A DNA stretch of 32,000 bases from Trichodesmium erythraeum IMS101 (GTDB taxonomy: Bacteria; Cyanobacteriota; Cyanobacteriia; Cyanobacteriales; Microcoleaceae), in contig NC_008312.1 of assembly GCF_000014265.1 (NCBI RefSeq), positions 7,650,001-7,682,000 of the forward strand, given 5' to 3'. Below, one piece after another: positions 9,561-19,057 of the stretch (the first letter of the stretch is position 1; the number at the start of each line of letters is the position of its first letter). A program made the translations under genes and the position numbers. The notes under the pieces are model-generated. The model was not told the origin of the DNA. It saw nothing but the letters and a program-made list of their open reading frames with translations, and ran no database searches.

Positions 9561-10002
9561 CGTGGTGAAAAGCTAGCTGAGAGATAGATATATCAAGGAA
9601 TTTACAGGTTAAGCTGAATAATAATTCAAGTCAAATGAAAAGCTTATTGAGAATAAGGGGGAGTTGGTGAACACTTCGCGTTCATAAACTCCCCCCCTAT
9701 TTTAGTTGATTATTTATTCAAAAAAAAAAGGGTTTAAATACTCTTAAAAATATGATAAAAAAGGGTAGATAATTCAACAAAAAAAACAATAAAAATGAAC
9801 ATATTGGGTAATTATCAAGACCAAATAAAGCATAAATTAACTCCAGCGATCTAGTTAAAAAATTAAAAGTCTTGTTATGTTTTATATCAGAGACTGTTTG
9901 TAAAAAAAGCTAAAGATAGCCATAGCCATAAAAAAGTATTGAAGGTAGGAAAATAAAAAAATAATGATTACGGTAAAATAAATGTTGTAAAATCTTTAGC
10001 CA
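9556..10002 (+). repeat. Dispersed repeat family A, direct copy (right arm flanking the ABC-ATPase gene), continuing into the 255-395-type repeat
   Basis: See 6725-7072 for the family A alignment. From 9889 onward it continues into agagactgtttgtaaaaaaagctaaagatagcc...gtattgaaggtaggaaaataaaaaaataatgat...aatctttagcca, which matches 284-395. Confidence 0.8.
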
Positions 10003-10099
10003 GGGGTCTGATACCATTTCTCAAAAAAAAATGCTATAGTTTACTGGATATGAAAACAGTGAATAATATGGCGTGTCTTGTTAAATTAAATATTCTGGA

Positions 10100-10900
10100 A
10101 TGGGCCGAAGAACTCCAATAAATATTATCCCGACAGACAGCAATTGTTTTTCAAGCAAAAACTACAGGCATTATATTGATACTTAATAAGACCAGCAGAT
10201 ACTATTGAATATATATCAATGTTATTAGAATGTCATCGTACAACTGTTTGTTGCATAGAGATAGATTACAGAATTTATGACCCAGATACTGACAATAAAA
10301 GCAAAATATATCATGTTGAATAAATGATACAAAATAGCTATAAAAAATAATGAAATACAATTTAAAATAGTATTAATAGATAGTTGGTATGCAACACAAA
10401 GATTAATAGCATAAATAGATCATGATATAAGAATTTATTATTGTCCTTTAAAAAGGAATCGCGCCTATTGATGATACAGGTGGTGTATAAATATACAAAT
10501 AATTTTAATACCTAAATTTGAATAAAACAGAAAAATTCTAGGGGGAAAAAATAAAAACTAAAGGCTTTTAACCAGAAAAAAAGTGAAAATATTTTGGGTA
10601 ATTGTGTCTGCCAAAGTTTGCAGAATATATTTTCACTAATGACCTGAATCAATAATCACTTATGGATGTAGATTTTGAATCTCTTGACTAGATATAAAAT
10701 TGAAGATCTCAATTTATAAATTAAGCAATTGAAAGGTTTAGGAAGCGTGTTAGTGTCGTCTGCAAATAATTAAAAAAATCATATTGTTTGTGCAATGGAG
10801 GGTGTGGAACTTCTTAAAAATACTTGCTTAGTTATATAGGAAAAAGTATTTGTAAAGAAAAGCCACGGATTATTATCAAAATATCTAACCGACCAATTGA
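10100..10900 (+). pseudogene. IS4-family transposase, heavily decayed
   Basis: The translation contains VLIDSWYATQRLIA*IDHDIRIYYCPLKRNR (a DDE-region block), KVKIFWVIVSAKV and ILFVQWRVWNFLKILA. More than 10 stops and frameshifts interrupt them. Confidence 0.5.
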
Positions 10901-11009
10901 AATATCCTTCAATTAAAATTAAAGTTATTTAAATTGAAAAACTCAAGAGTTTTTTGAATAAAAATAGTTAGGCGATTAAGAAACTCAATAATAGTAGTAT
11001 AAATATTTG

Positions 11010-11410
11010 TGGTTATATGGGTTGGAACGAAACTAATTCAGGAGAAAGCTTTTGCTATAAGTTTAATAATTTAGATGATTTTTGTTTGAAAAGATTTTTG
11101 GAGATATTTTCCCACTAACTACCCTAATGATTTACATATAATTAAAGTAAATAATGCTGGATATCATTAACCATTAAACCTAACAATTATTGATAATATT
11201 ATTCTCATATTTCAACCAATTTATTCTCCAGAAATTAACCTGATAGAAAGGTTATGGTTAGCAATAAAACAAAAACTGAAGTGGATAATATTTGGAGATT
11301 CATCAGACCTTTTGAGAAAATATTTAAGGAAATTCTACTAAATATTAACTAGGATGTTGTAGCTTCATTAACAGGATAGCAGTTTATCATTGATGCTTTA
11401 GAAAAAGTAG
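11010..11410 (+). pseudogene. IS630-family transposase C-terminal fragment
   Basis: It reads FLEIFSH*LP**FTYN*SK*CWISLTIKPNNY**YYSHISTNLFSRN*PDRKVMVSNKTKTEVDNIW. After frame correction this becomes ...DNAGYH..L...DNIILIFQPIYSPEINLIERLWLAIKQKLKW, the IS630 DDE third-acidic-residue block. Confidence 0.55.
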
Positions 11411-11582
11411 GTATAATAAACAATTTTAATTCGCCTGCTCCGGCTAGGTAAGCAAGTTATCAATAATATGAATAAGTAATTTTTTTACATATATTATGTG
11501 ATAGCAGTATCAGGTATAGTATTTTTTTGACAAATAGTATAAGTATCGCTTGTTTCCCTGGACCTAACAGCCAGAAAAAATG

Positions 11583-12482
11583 TCAATTCCTCTTAATTTC
11601 TAGAATACCTTTGTCTCCATCAAGATTAGCCTCTATTCCCACAGGTAAAGCAGCATTAGGACTATCATGGCCAAAAGGAAGGTCAGAAACAATGGGAATA
11701 TTTAGATCCACCAAGCGATCGCGCAATACTTCCTCAACAGTAAACTCAGTATGATTTACTACTCCACCGGAACACTTACTAAACCGCCCGAGAGCAATAC
11801 CTTTAACCTGCTCCAACAGACCCGCCATACGCCACTGAGTCAACATTCGGTCAATGCGGTAAGGAGCTTCATTTACATCTTCTAAAGCCAAAATTGTCCC
11901 AGTTAAATCTGGTTGATACTTAGTACCTAATAAATGACCAGCTACAGTCAAATTTGCTGGCATTAAATATCCCTTTGCTTGGCCACCACCCCAACCATTT
12001 CCTGTTAGAGGTTCTAGGGGCCGACCCTCTACCAAATCAAATAGTCGTTTAATTGACCACTTTGGTTCGGCAGATAAAGTAGCCAATAATGGACCATGAA
12101 TGCAGAGAAAGCCCATCTTGCTAAAAGTCCAGAGTAGAGCTGTAACATCAGAAAAACCAATCAACCATTTAGGAGTAGACGATGAATAATTATTGATGCC
12201 TTGCCAGTTTTCTAGTATACGAGTAGCGCCATAACCACCCCTAGAGCAAAGAATACCACGACAATTTTCATTATTAATAGCTGCCACTAATTGACTACAG
12301 CGACTTTCATCTGTACCTGCTAAATAACCCCACTGCTTGTCATAGTTAGGAGTGAGTTCCACTTGATAGCCATGTGATCGCCAAATTTGTAATCCTCTTT
12401 TGAAAGCATCCAACTCTCCCAAACAGCCACTGGGTGAAATAACTTGTAATAAGTCACCTGGTTTTAAATAGTTTTGATTCAA
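11583..12482 (-). CDS. ldcA: LD-carboxypeptidase (peptidase S66, muramoyltetrapeptide carboxypeptidase-like)
   Basis: A 299-aa ORF. It has LKPGD.L.VISPSG at the N-terminus, the GFSDVTAL nucleophile-Ser motif, the LEDVNEAPYRIDRML Glu motif and the PFGHD His motif. The track start at 12482 is TTG and there is no nearby ATG. Confidence 0.85.
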   Translation of the reverse strand: MNQNYLKPGDLLQVISPSGCLGELDAFKRGLQIWRSHGYQVELTPNYDKQWGYLAGTDESRCSQLVAAINNENCRGILCSRGGYGATRILENWQGINNYSSSTPKWLIGFSDVTALLWTFSKMGFLCIHGPLLATLSAEPKWSIKRLFDLVEGRPLEPLTGNGWGGGQAKGYLMPANLTVAGHLLGTKYQPDLTGTILALEDVNEAPYRIDRMLTQWRMAGLLEQVKGIALGRFSKCSGGVVNHTEFTVEEVLRDRLVDLNIPIVSDLPFGHDSPNAALPVGIEANLDGDKGILEIKRN

Positions 12483-12600
12483 AATATTATAGCAGTTTCC
12501 TGCTTGATAAAGTATATATTAGAGAATAAGGAGGAAATAAAAAATATATATCCCATTAATAATATCACATCAATCACCGTATCTGCTCTTGTAAGTAAAA

Positions 12601-12735
12601 CTCGGACAGCTGCTAGTTCTTCTTCAAGCTTGACCATTTCCTGTGGCAACCCATCTAGTTATTTTCTGAGGTTTTCTTCTGTAGATTCCATTGCTGATAA
12701 TACTCTGATTCTGTTAATTAATAATATAGAGCCCA
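12601..12735 (-). pseudogene. Duplicated 5' fragment of the GAF-PP2C phosphatase gene
   Basis: 12601-12735 aligns at about 85-90% (by eye) with 14917-15047. The minus-strand reading is SILLINRIRVLSAMESTEENLRK*LDGLPQEMVKLEEELAA, against SLYIINRLRVLSTMESIEENLRKELDGLRQEMAKVEEELAA in the intact gene. There is an in-frame stop and similarity ends after about 45 codons. The + strand track ORF 12474..12761 is the antisense shadow of this fragment. Confidence 0.75.
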
Positions 12736-13160
12736 TCTCAGCAGATAAACCCAAAGAATAGAGAAAGAAGTAAAATAACTCTTCTTTTGAATTAAATTAA
12801 AAATCAAATCAATAGACGTCTCCAAAATAAAAATTAAGCGATAATTGTAGGGTCGTTTTTGTAAAAAAAAATACTAATGAACAAAATATTAGAGTATATA
12901 AATCACTACTCCAAAGGAAGCAAAAGAGTTATCAGTTATCAGTATTAATTTTTAGCAATTGAAAACATTAATAGAATATAATCAAATTATATCTGAAAAG
13001 AAAAAATTTGAAAAGCTTTCTAAGTGAGTAGTCTTTAGTAAACAACCCATACATAAAAAATACTCCTACTCTCCTTTAATTATCGCTAAAACAAAAAGTG
13101 CTAGTGATGTAGAGTATTATCGCGATCAAAAAAACTATAGCCACCCACTAGCAAAGTCTA

Positions 13161-13586
13161 TTATGTTGTTATCCTATTCACAACTAAAATATTACGATTA
13201 CGATCCCCTTTATACTCATAAATAAATTCATCAACACTTTCTTGTACCAAGTGAATTCCTAAGCCACCAATTGGACGTTCTTCTAAACTTTTTTGTAAAT
13301 CTTCTTGGGTAACTGCTTCTTTTTTCTTAGGATCAAAAGGTATCGCAGTATCTTCAATATAAATAGTTAAACTTTGTTCATCTATTTTAGTTTCTACATA
13401 TATGTTTCCTTCTAATCCATTATCATTATAGCCATGAGTAATAATATTTGTTGCTATTTCATCTACTGCTAAACATAAGTTATATGATGGTTTCTTTTCT
13501 AAACCTGCTTCTTTTGCTGCTGACTTAACATATTCGCGAATTTTTCCTAGACTATCTAGCTTTCCTTGTACTTTTAATGCCTCCAT
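13161..13586 (-). CDS. Anti-sigma-factor-type serine kinase (RsbW/SpoIIAB-like, HATPase_c_2)
   Basis: A 141-aa ORF with an ATG start and an AGGAG Shine-Dalgarno 6-7 nt upstream. It has the N-box-like VDEIATNIITHG and the G-box IGGLGIHLV. It sits 39 nt downstream of the phosphatase gene. Confidence 0.85.
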   Translation of the reverse strand: MEALKVQGKLDSLGKIREYVKSAAKEAGLEKKPSYNLCLAVDEIATNIITHGYNDNGLEGNIYVETKIDEQSLTIYIEDTAIPFDPKKKEAVTQEDLQKSLEERPIGGLGIHLVQESVDEFIYEYKGDRNRNILVVNRITT

Positions 13587-13625
13587 AAATTCTCCTGTTT
13601 TTGATCTTTTTACTAATAGCTTGAT

Positions 13626-15050
13626 CTAACTTCTTCGCACAGCTAACACCGTAATGTCATCAAATTGTGCTGCATCTGCTATATAATCAAATAATTTCTC
13701 TTTAATGCGACTCATCAATTCTAATGCAGAATTAGCCGGTTTTTCCACCAATTCTTTCAGCCTTTTGTCTGTAAATAACTTTCCTTCAGGACATTTAGCT
13801 TCAGTCACGCCATCAGTATAACCTATGAGCATTTCTCCAGGCTCTAACTTAACTTCCTGAATTTCAAACTTCATATTTGGCATCATCCCTACAGCAGGTC
13901 CAGTAGAATTTAGTATTTGCCTTATGATACCATCTTGATTAATAATAAAAAGTGGTTCATGTCCTCCATTCACATAACTAACTAAACCTGTCTCTGGATC
14001 TAGCACCCCAAAAAATAATGTAGCAAACATACTCATTTGCCAATGGTTTTGCACAACGTAGTCATTAGTAAGGCGAACAGCTTGAAGAGCATTCTGGTGA
14101 ATTAAATTAACTGAAGTTGCAGTTTCTTGTAATTTACTTTCCCCAACAGAAAAGATACGAATTAAGCTGCGAAATAAAGCCATAAACAATGCTGCACCGA
14201 CTCCCTTATCACAAACATCTGCTATAACCAACCCTATTTGATCCTTGGGCAGGGTAAAAGCATCGTAAAAATCTCCGGCTACTTGCTTTGCTGGATGAAA
14301 ACAGGCAACTATTTCCCAATTATCCAACTGAGGGATATCGTAGGGAAGAAAATCTATCTGAATTTGTCTACCCTTTTCTAATTCATTGTCAAGAGCTTTG
14401 GAATAAGTATCTAGTTGCCCATAAAGTCTGGCATTTTCTAGAACTAACCCTATGTGTTCTGCAGTTGCCTCCATTGACTCTGCCATTCTCTTAGTAAAAT
14501 GATTAGGTTCAGAGTGCAATAAAGTAATAATACCAAGCAAATCTTGACCATTGATAATTGGAACCCCCAATGCTGAACGAACGATGTAAGGTTGATTAGG
14601 TAAAGTTAACCAACGATCATCATCTTCTGTATCTGTAATTAATCCTATCTCACGATGACGACTTACCCAACCTGCAAGCCCTTTGTCTCTAACATTACCT
14701 ATCAATTTAGCCCGTTGTTCTGAGGTTACTTCAGTGCGAGTAAGAATAGCGTCTACTACTTTCTTAGATGTAGGATCTAGTAAAAATAAACTTCCCTTCT
14801 CAGTTGCAGTTACATCAGCACAAACATCTAAAGTTTTTTGTAAAGCTGCTCTAATAATCCCTCCTGGGTTAGAGTTGCATCCTGTTGTTACTTCTGTTAA
14901 TACCTTTTGGGCTAGTCGGAAGGCTGCTAGTTCTTCTTCTACTTTGGCCATTTCCTGTCGCAACCCATCTAGTTCTTTTCTAAGGTTTTCTTCTATAGAT
15001 TCCATTGTTGATAATACCCTTAACCTATTAATAATATAGAGGCTAGGCAC
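13626..15050 (-). CDS. GAF-domain PP2C (SpoIIE/RsbU-type) serine phosphatase, IcfG-like
   Basis: It has an N-terminal coiled-coil segment (EENLRKELDGLRQEMAKVEEELAA), then a GAF-like region (GSLFLLD...GLAGWV...SALGVPI). The PP2C/SpoIIE motifs follow: AGDFYD, IADVCDKGVGAALFM, GYTDGVTEA and DDITVLAVRR. The track start at 15050 is GTG. The first ATG (MESIEENL) is at 15005 and is an equally plausible start. Confidence 0.9.
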   Translation of the reverse strand: MPSLYIINRLRVLSTMESIEENLRKELDGLRQEMAKVEEELAAFRLAQKVLTEVTTGCNSNPGGIIRAALQKTLDVCADVTATEKGSLFLLDPTSKKVVDAILTRTEVTSEQRAKLIGNVRDKGLAGWVSRHREIGLITDTEDDDRWLTLPNQPYIVRSALGVPIINGQDLLGIITLLHSEPNHFTKRMAESMEATAEHIGLVLENARLYGQLDTYSKALDNELEKGRQIQIDFLPYDIPQLDNWEIVACFHPAKQVAGDFYDAFTLPKDQIGLVIADVCDKGVGAALFMALFRSLIRIFSVGESKLQETATSVNLIHQNALQAVRLTNDYVVQNHWQMSMFATLFFGVLDPETGLVSYVNGGHEPLFIINQDGIIRQILNSTGPAVGMMPNMKFEIQEVKLEPGEMLIGYTDGVTEAKCPEGKLFTDKRLKELVEKPANSALELMSRIKEKLFDYIADAAQFDDITVLAVRRS

Positions 15051-15333
15051 TGATGACTAGGAAATAATTGCAACCTAGCCCTACCTTTTTGATTTATAAT
15101 ATCAAATCTCCATTTAAAATAGGGAGTAAGTACATTAAATCGTAGCATTATTTTCGCGGACTAGTAACATATCATTATATTGCTTTATTGTTGATTAGGT
15201 AAACTTCTCCCTAACTTTGACAGGTATCATGAGATTTTCCTGTGACTTATTTATTAATTTTAATTATAGCAGTCATCAGTTAAATTAGGTTATTTTCCTT
15301 CCTCTCAAATTGAGTCACAATTATGGATGGTGT

Positions 15334-15365
15334 GGGCGAATTACAATTCGCCCCTACTTTTGTCT
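15334..15365 (+). terminator. Orphan terminator-like hairpin in the STAS-phosphatase spacer
   Basis: gggcgaat / taca / attcgccc forms an 8-bp GC-rich stem with a tetraloop, followed by ctacttttgtct on the + strand. No + strand ORF lies upstream. On the minus strand no U-tract follows the hairpin. Confidence 0.35.
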
Positions 15366-15891
15366 AGTAGACATCTACACAAACTCAATCTTTACTCAAA
15401 TATTCTAAGGGTTTGAGATTAATTATCCCAGAACTCTAATAGGCTATTCAGATACTTCTGAAGTTGCACATAAGGGACAACTGGGTAATTCAGCCTCAAA
15501 AATTTGGGCTCCACTTATGAGGTAATACAGTTCTACTAAACTTATCCAAACTTACATGGAACATGAATTGCATAAGCTTTGGAGATAGCTTAGGTGTTTC
15601 ACTCTTATGCCACTAACCGCAGTATGTAATTTATCACGACCCAGGCAACAAAATCGCCAGGAAGCTCAAGATACTTATTTACTTAGTTTTCGCTCATTAC
15701 TCATATTGCTACAATAATATCACTTAGTATTGTATAACTTTAAATAAGTAAAGTAAATTTTTATTGAACTGTCAAGATATTCTTCTCCTGTGTTAATAAT
15801 AATATATTCTATTCTCACTTTCCCATAGGACACGCTTATTGAAAATTAGAGAACAGGACTTCCCGCCAGGAGAGTTAAACTTCTATCTTAG

Positions 15892-16230
15892 TTATGATAT
15901 CGACTTCTGATAGTCATCGAGCTCTTGTAAATAAACACTTTTATCGAAACCAGTTTTTTTAATAGTCTCCTTTACCATCTCTTGAACCCCTACCATATAA
16001 ATATTAACATCTGTTCCCATTTTTTGTTTAGCGAAAATCAATACCCGTAGACCCGCACTTGCCATAAATGTTAAGTCTTGCATCATTAAAAAAAGTTTTG
16101 TCGGCTTTTTTGCTGCTGCCTCCTCTACTTTTGTTTTAAAATCAGCAGCTGTCGCCCCATCTAACTCTCCAGATAACGTTATTTTAACAAAACTATCTTT
16201 AATTATTTCTAAGTCTGCCGTAAAAGCCAT
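15892..16230 (-). CDS. STAS-domain anti-sigma-factor antagonist (RsbV/SpoIIAA-like) 1
   Basis: A 112-aa ORF with an ATG start and an AAGGA Shine-Dalgarno. It has the L.GELD......F motif and the conserved phosphorylatable-Ser context LTFMASAGLRVL. Confidence 0.85.
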   Translation of the reverse strand: MAFTADLEIIKDSFVKITLSGELDGATAADFKTKVEEAAAKKPTKLFLMMQDLTFMASAGLRVLIFAKQKMGTDVNIYMVGVQEMVKETIKKTGFDKSVYLQELDDYQKSIS

Positions 16231-16500
16231 AATTTTTCCTTTGTTGTTGATTTTTTTTCTATTGTAGCAATTTCAGGTCATTGTGAAATTTTTAGCCTCT
16301 TTAGAGAACCCTTCTAGTATCAATGCCCGGGATTAATTTTTTGACTCAGGAGTCATATGTGAGAATTAGGCTATACGAGAAAAAGATTAAAAAATACTCC
16401 AATACACCTGATATCCTCTAATCTATACAGATATTCTATTCAACCTCCCTACTCCCAATTCATAGATATGATCATAAGCTCTATAATATCATTTCCGACT

Positions 16501-18621
16501 TTATTTACTTACTAAAATAACTATAGATCGATCCCCAAGTAATAACCCATGTTGATTTTCTAAAACAGGTTCGCTCCCAAGTTCCCAAACATCTTCTGGC
16601 GAAGCACAAGCAGTATTAACAAAAATATGCCAATGTTTCCCATCTGATAAACCGGGAATGTTAAACCAGAGAGAGTCCCAGTGCATATTCATTGCTACAT
16701 AAATATCATTATCTTGCTTTGTCACCTCTGTAGCATGTTTACCACAAAGCATAAAAGCCAAAGTTCGAGAATTATCTGACCAGTCAGCATTCCAAGCTTG
16801 AGTACCATGCCAAGTAATATCAGATTTTCCACTACCTACATAATCTTGATTTCGGAAATGGTTCTGATTTTTCAATATAGGGTGAGCTTTCCGAAATGCC
16901 ACACAATTCTTCACAAACCTAAATAACTCAGCATTAGTTTCCAGAAGCTCCCAATTTAGCCAATTTAGTTCTGAGTCATGGCAATAAGTATTATTATTAC
17001 CATTTTTACTCCGCCCTATTTCATCTCCCATCAGCAACATAGGAACACCTTGACTAACCATCATAATTGCGATCGCATTTCGCATCTGACGGCTACGCAA
17101 AGCATTTATTCCAGGGTCATCACTCCAACCCTCTGCCCCACAGTTCCAACTTTCGTTATCATTAGCACCATCATTATTATTTTCACCATTAGCTTCATTA
17201 TGCTTATCATTGTAGGAAACCAAATCAGCCAAAGTAAAACCATCGTGGGCAGTAATAAAATTAATAGATGTTGCCGGTCCACGACCTTGCCAAGCATAGA
17301 GGTCTGGAGAACCCTGTATCCTTTGTGCCATTTCCCCTACAGTACAATCACCTTTAATAAACTTGCGAATTGCATCGCGATACTTACCATTCCATTCGGC
17401 CCAACGTCCAAAAGCAGGGAAGGAACCCACTTGATATAAACCACCAGCATCCCAAGCTTCTGCAATCAACTTACAGTTAGCTAAAATTGGGTCAAAAGCC
17501 AAAGTTTCTAATAATGGAGGATTTGCTAAAGGTGCGCCCCAGGGGTCACGTCCAAGAATTGAAGCCAAATCAAATCTGAAACCATCAATATGATATTCAC
17601 TTGCCCAATAGCGCAAACAATCTAACACCACATTACGAACAATGGGGTTATTACAATTAATAGTATTGCCACAACCACTAAAGTTAAAATAATAACCTTC
17701 TGGTGTTAGCATATAATATGTCTTATTGTCAATACCCCGGAAAGAAATTGTCGGACCGTTTTCATTTCCTTCTGCTGTGTGGTTGAAAACAACGTCAAGA
17801 ATTACTTCAATCCCATTTTTGTGCAGGTCTTTAACTAGAGTTTTTAACTCATCCATCTGCATTCCTAACTTACCTGTCGCTGCGTACCCTGCCTTAGGAG
17901 CAAAAAACCCGACTGTACTATAACCCCAATAATTGTAGAGCATTTCTCCTGTGATGGGGCTGGGCCGAGAATTTTCAAACTCATCAAATTCATAGATAGG
18001 CATCAACTCCACCGCGTTAACACCTAATTCTTTGAGGTAAGGAATTTTTTCGCGAATAGCAGCAAATGTGCCTGGATGTTTGACACCAGAAGAAGGATGA
18101 GCCGTAAAGCTACGAACGTGCATTTCATAGATAATCTGATCTTGTGGTGGAATTTCTAGTGGGCGGTCATTTTCCCAGTCAAAATCATCATAGGGAATTC
18201 TCCCCCGGTGTTGATAAATATCATCCCAGTTTGGTGTTTTTCCCCAAACATCCCTACCCCCAATAATCTTAGCATAGGGGTCCATGAGAATTTTACTTTT
18301 GTCGAACCATTGACCCTCATGGAAATTATTCGGTCCATCCATGCGATAGCCATATTCGATGTTCTCAACATCAAGATCAAAGACAATCATACAATAAACA
18401 TTCCCTATCCGAAATTCTTCAGGAAAAGGAATTTCTGCCATTGGTTTTAAAGCACCTTTTTGAAACAAAACCAATGTACAAGATGTAGCATAAGAAGAGA
18501 AGATGGAAAAGTTTACTCCTCCAGACACCATAGTTGCACCGAATGGAAAAGGTTTTCCACTACGGAGCTTAAAGTCACCATGACTGTGGGTAGGATGGAT
18601 ATCAATACGCTCTTGTAACAT
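16501..18621 (-). CDS. glgX: Glycogen debranching enzyme (isoamylase-type, GH13)
   Basis: A 706-aa ORF. It has the four GH13 conserved regions: DVVFNHT, GFRFDLASIL, IAEAWD and FITAHDGF. The N-terminal PFGAT....GVNFSIFS CBM48-like start is typical of GlgX. Confidence 0.95.
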   Translation of the reverse strand: MLQERIDIHPTHSHGDFKLRSGKPFPFGATMVSGGVNFSIFSSYATSCTLVLFQKGALKPMAEIPFPEEFRIGNVYCMIVFDLDVENIEYGYRMDGPNNFHEGQWFDKSKILMDPYAKIIGGRDVWGKTPNWDDIYQHRGRIPYDDFDWENDRPLEIPPQDQIIYEMHVRSFTAHPSSGVKHPGTFAAIREKIPYLKELGVNAVELMPIYEFDEFENSRPSPITGEMLYNYWGYSTVGFFAPKAGYAATGKLGMQMDELKTLVKDLHKNGIEVILDVVFNHTAEGNENGPTISFRGIDNKTYYMLTPEGYYFNFSGCGNTINCNNPIVRNVVLDCLRYWASEYHIDGFRFDLASILGRDPWGAPLANPPLLETLAFDPILANCKLIAEAWDAGGLYQVGSFPAFGRWAEWNGKYRDAIRKFIKGDCTVGEMAQRIQGSPDLYAWQGRGPATSINFITAHDGFTLADLVSYNDKHNEANGENNNDGANDNESWNCGAEGWSDDPGINALRSRQMRNAIAIMMVSQGVPMLLMGDEIGRSKNGNNNTYCHDSELNWLNWELLETNAELFRFVKNCVAFRKAHPILKNQNHFRNQDYVGSGKSDITWHGTQAWNADWSDNSRTLAFMLCGKHATEVTKQDNDIYVAMNMHWDSLWFNIPGLSDGKHWHIFVNTACASPEDVWELGSEPVLENQHGLLLGDRSIVILVSK

Positions 18622-18697
18622 GAATCTTTGTGAATATATTTTTTAGTACGAGCACGATAGAAGTTTTGTTGTTTAAATCAACTAGCATAGTGTTAGT

Positions 18698-19057
18698 TTA
18701 TTTGGGTTCGTTTGTTTCTTCCAAGAGTTTTTCCCTACCTTGATCAACTGTTTCAGCAGTTGTCAAAAAGTCTAAAAACCCAGTCACAGACATAGTATCT
18801 TGAAGTTCTTCACAAAGTCCTACTAATACGGTTCTTCCTTCCTTGGCATTTGTTTGTCGATGTAATGATAGTAACATTCGTAACCCAGCACTAGACATAT
18901 ATGGTACCTTAGTCATATCCATCAAAATTCTGCTACCTGTTTCTGCTAGAGGTATAACTTGTTTTTGAATATCAGGTGCTGTACTAGCATCAATATCTCC
19001 ACTTAGTTCTACTACTTTAATTTTTTCTTCTGTTTTAATATTAATTTCTATTGCCAT
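18698..19057 (-). CDS. STAS-domain anti-sigma-factor antagonist (RsbV/SpoIIAA-like) 2
   Basis: A 119-aa ORF with an ATG start. It has the L.GDIDASTAP.....I motif and the phosphorylatable-Ser context VPYMSSAGLRMLL. It lies 76 nt upstream of glgX. Confidence 0.85.
   Translation of the reverse strand: MAIEINIKTEEKIKVVELSGDIDASTAPDIQKQVIPLAETGSRILMDMTKVPYMSSAGLRMLLSLHRQTNAKEGRTVLVGLCEELQDTMSVTGFLDFLTTAETVDQGREKLLEETNEPK

Noticed and set aside
11527-11754. Track ORF of 75 aa (+ strand)
   Set aside because: It overlaps, antisense, the 3' end of the well-supported LD-carboxypeptidase gene.
12474-12761. Track ORF of 95 aa (+ strand) upstream of ldcA
   Set aside because: Its C-terminal half is the antisense shadow of the duplicated phosphatase 5' fragment. 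The homologous antisense ORF 14683..15039 lies inside the intact gene and shows the same pseudo-peptide.
16978-18450. Several antisense or alternative-frame track ORFs inside glgX (16978..17439, 17106..17297, 17726..17923, 18156..18386, 18208..18450)
   Set aside because: All lie within the 706-aa GH13 ORF, whose conserved catalytic motifs establish the true frame. Their products are low-complexity.
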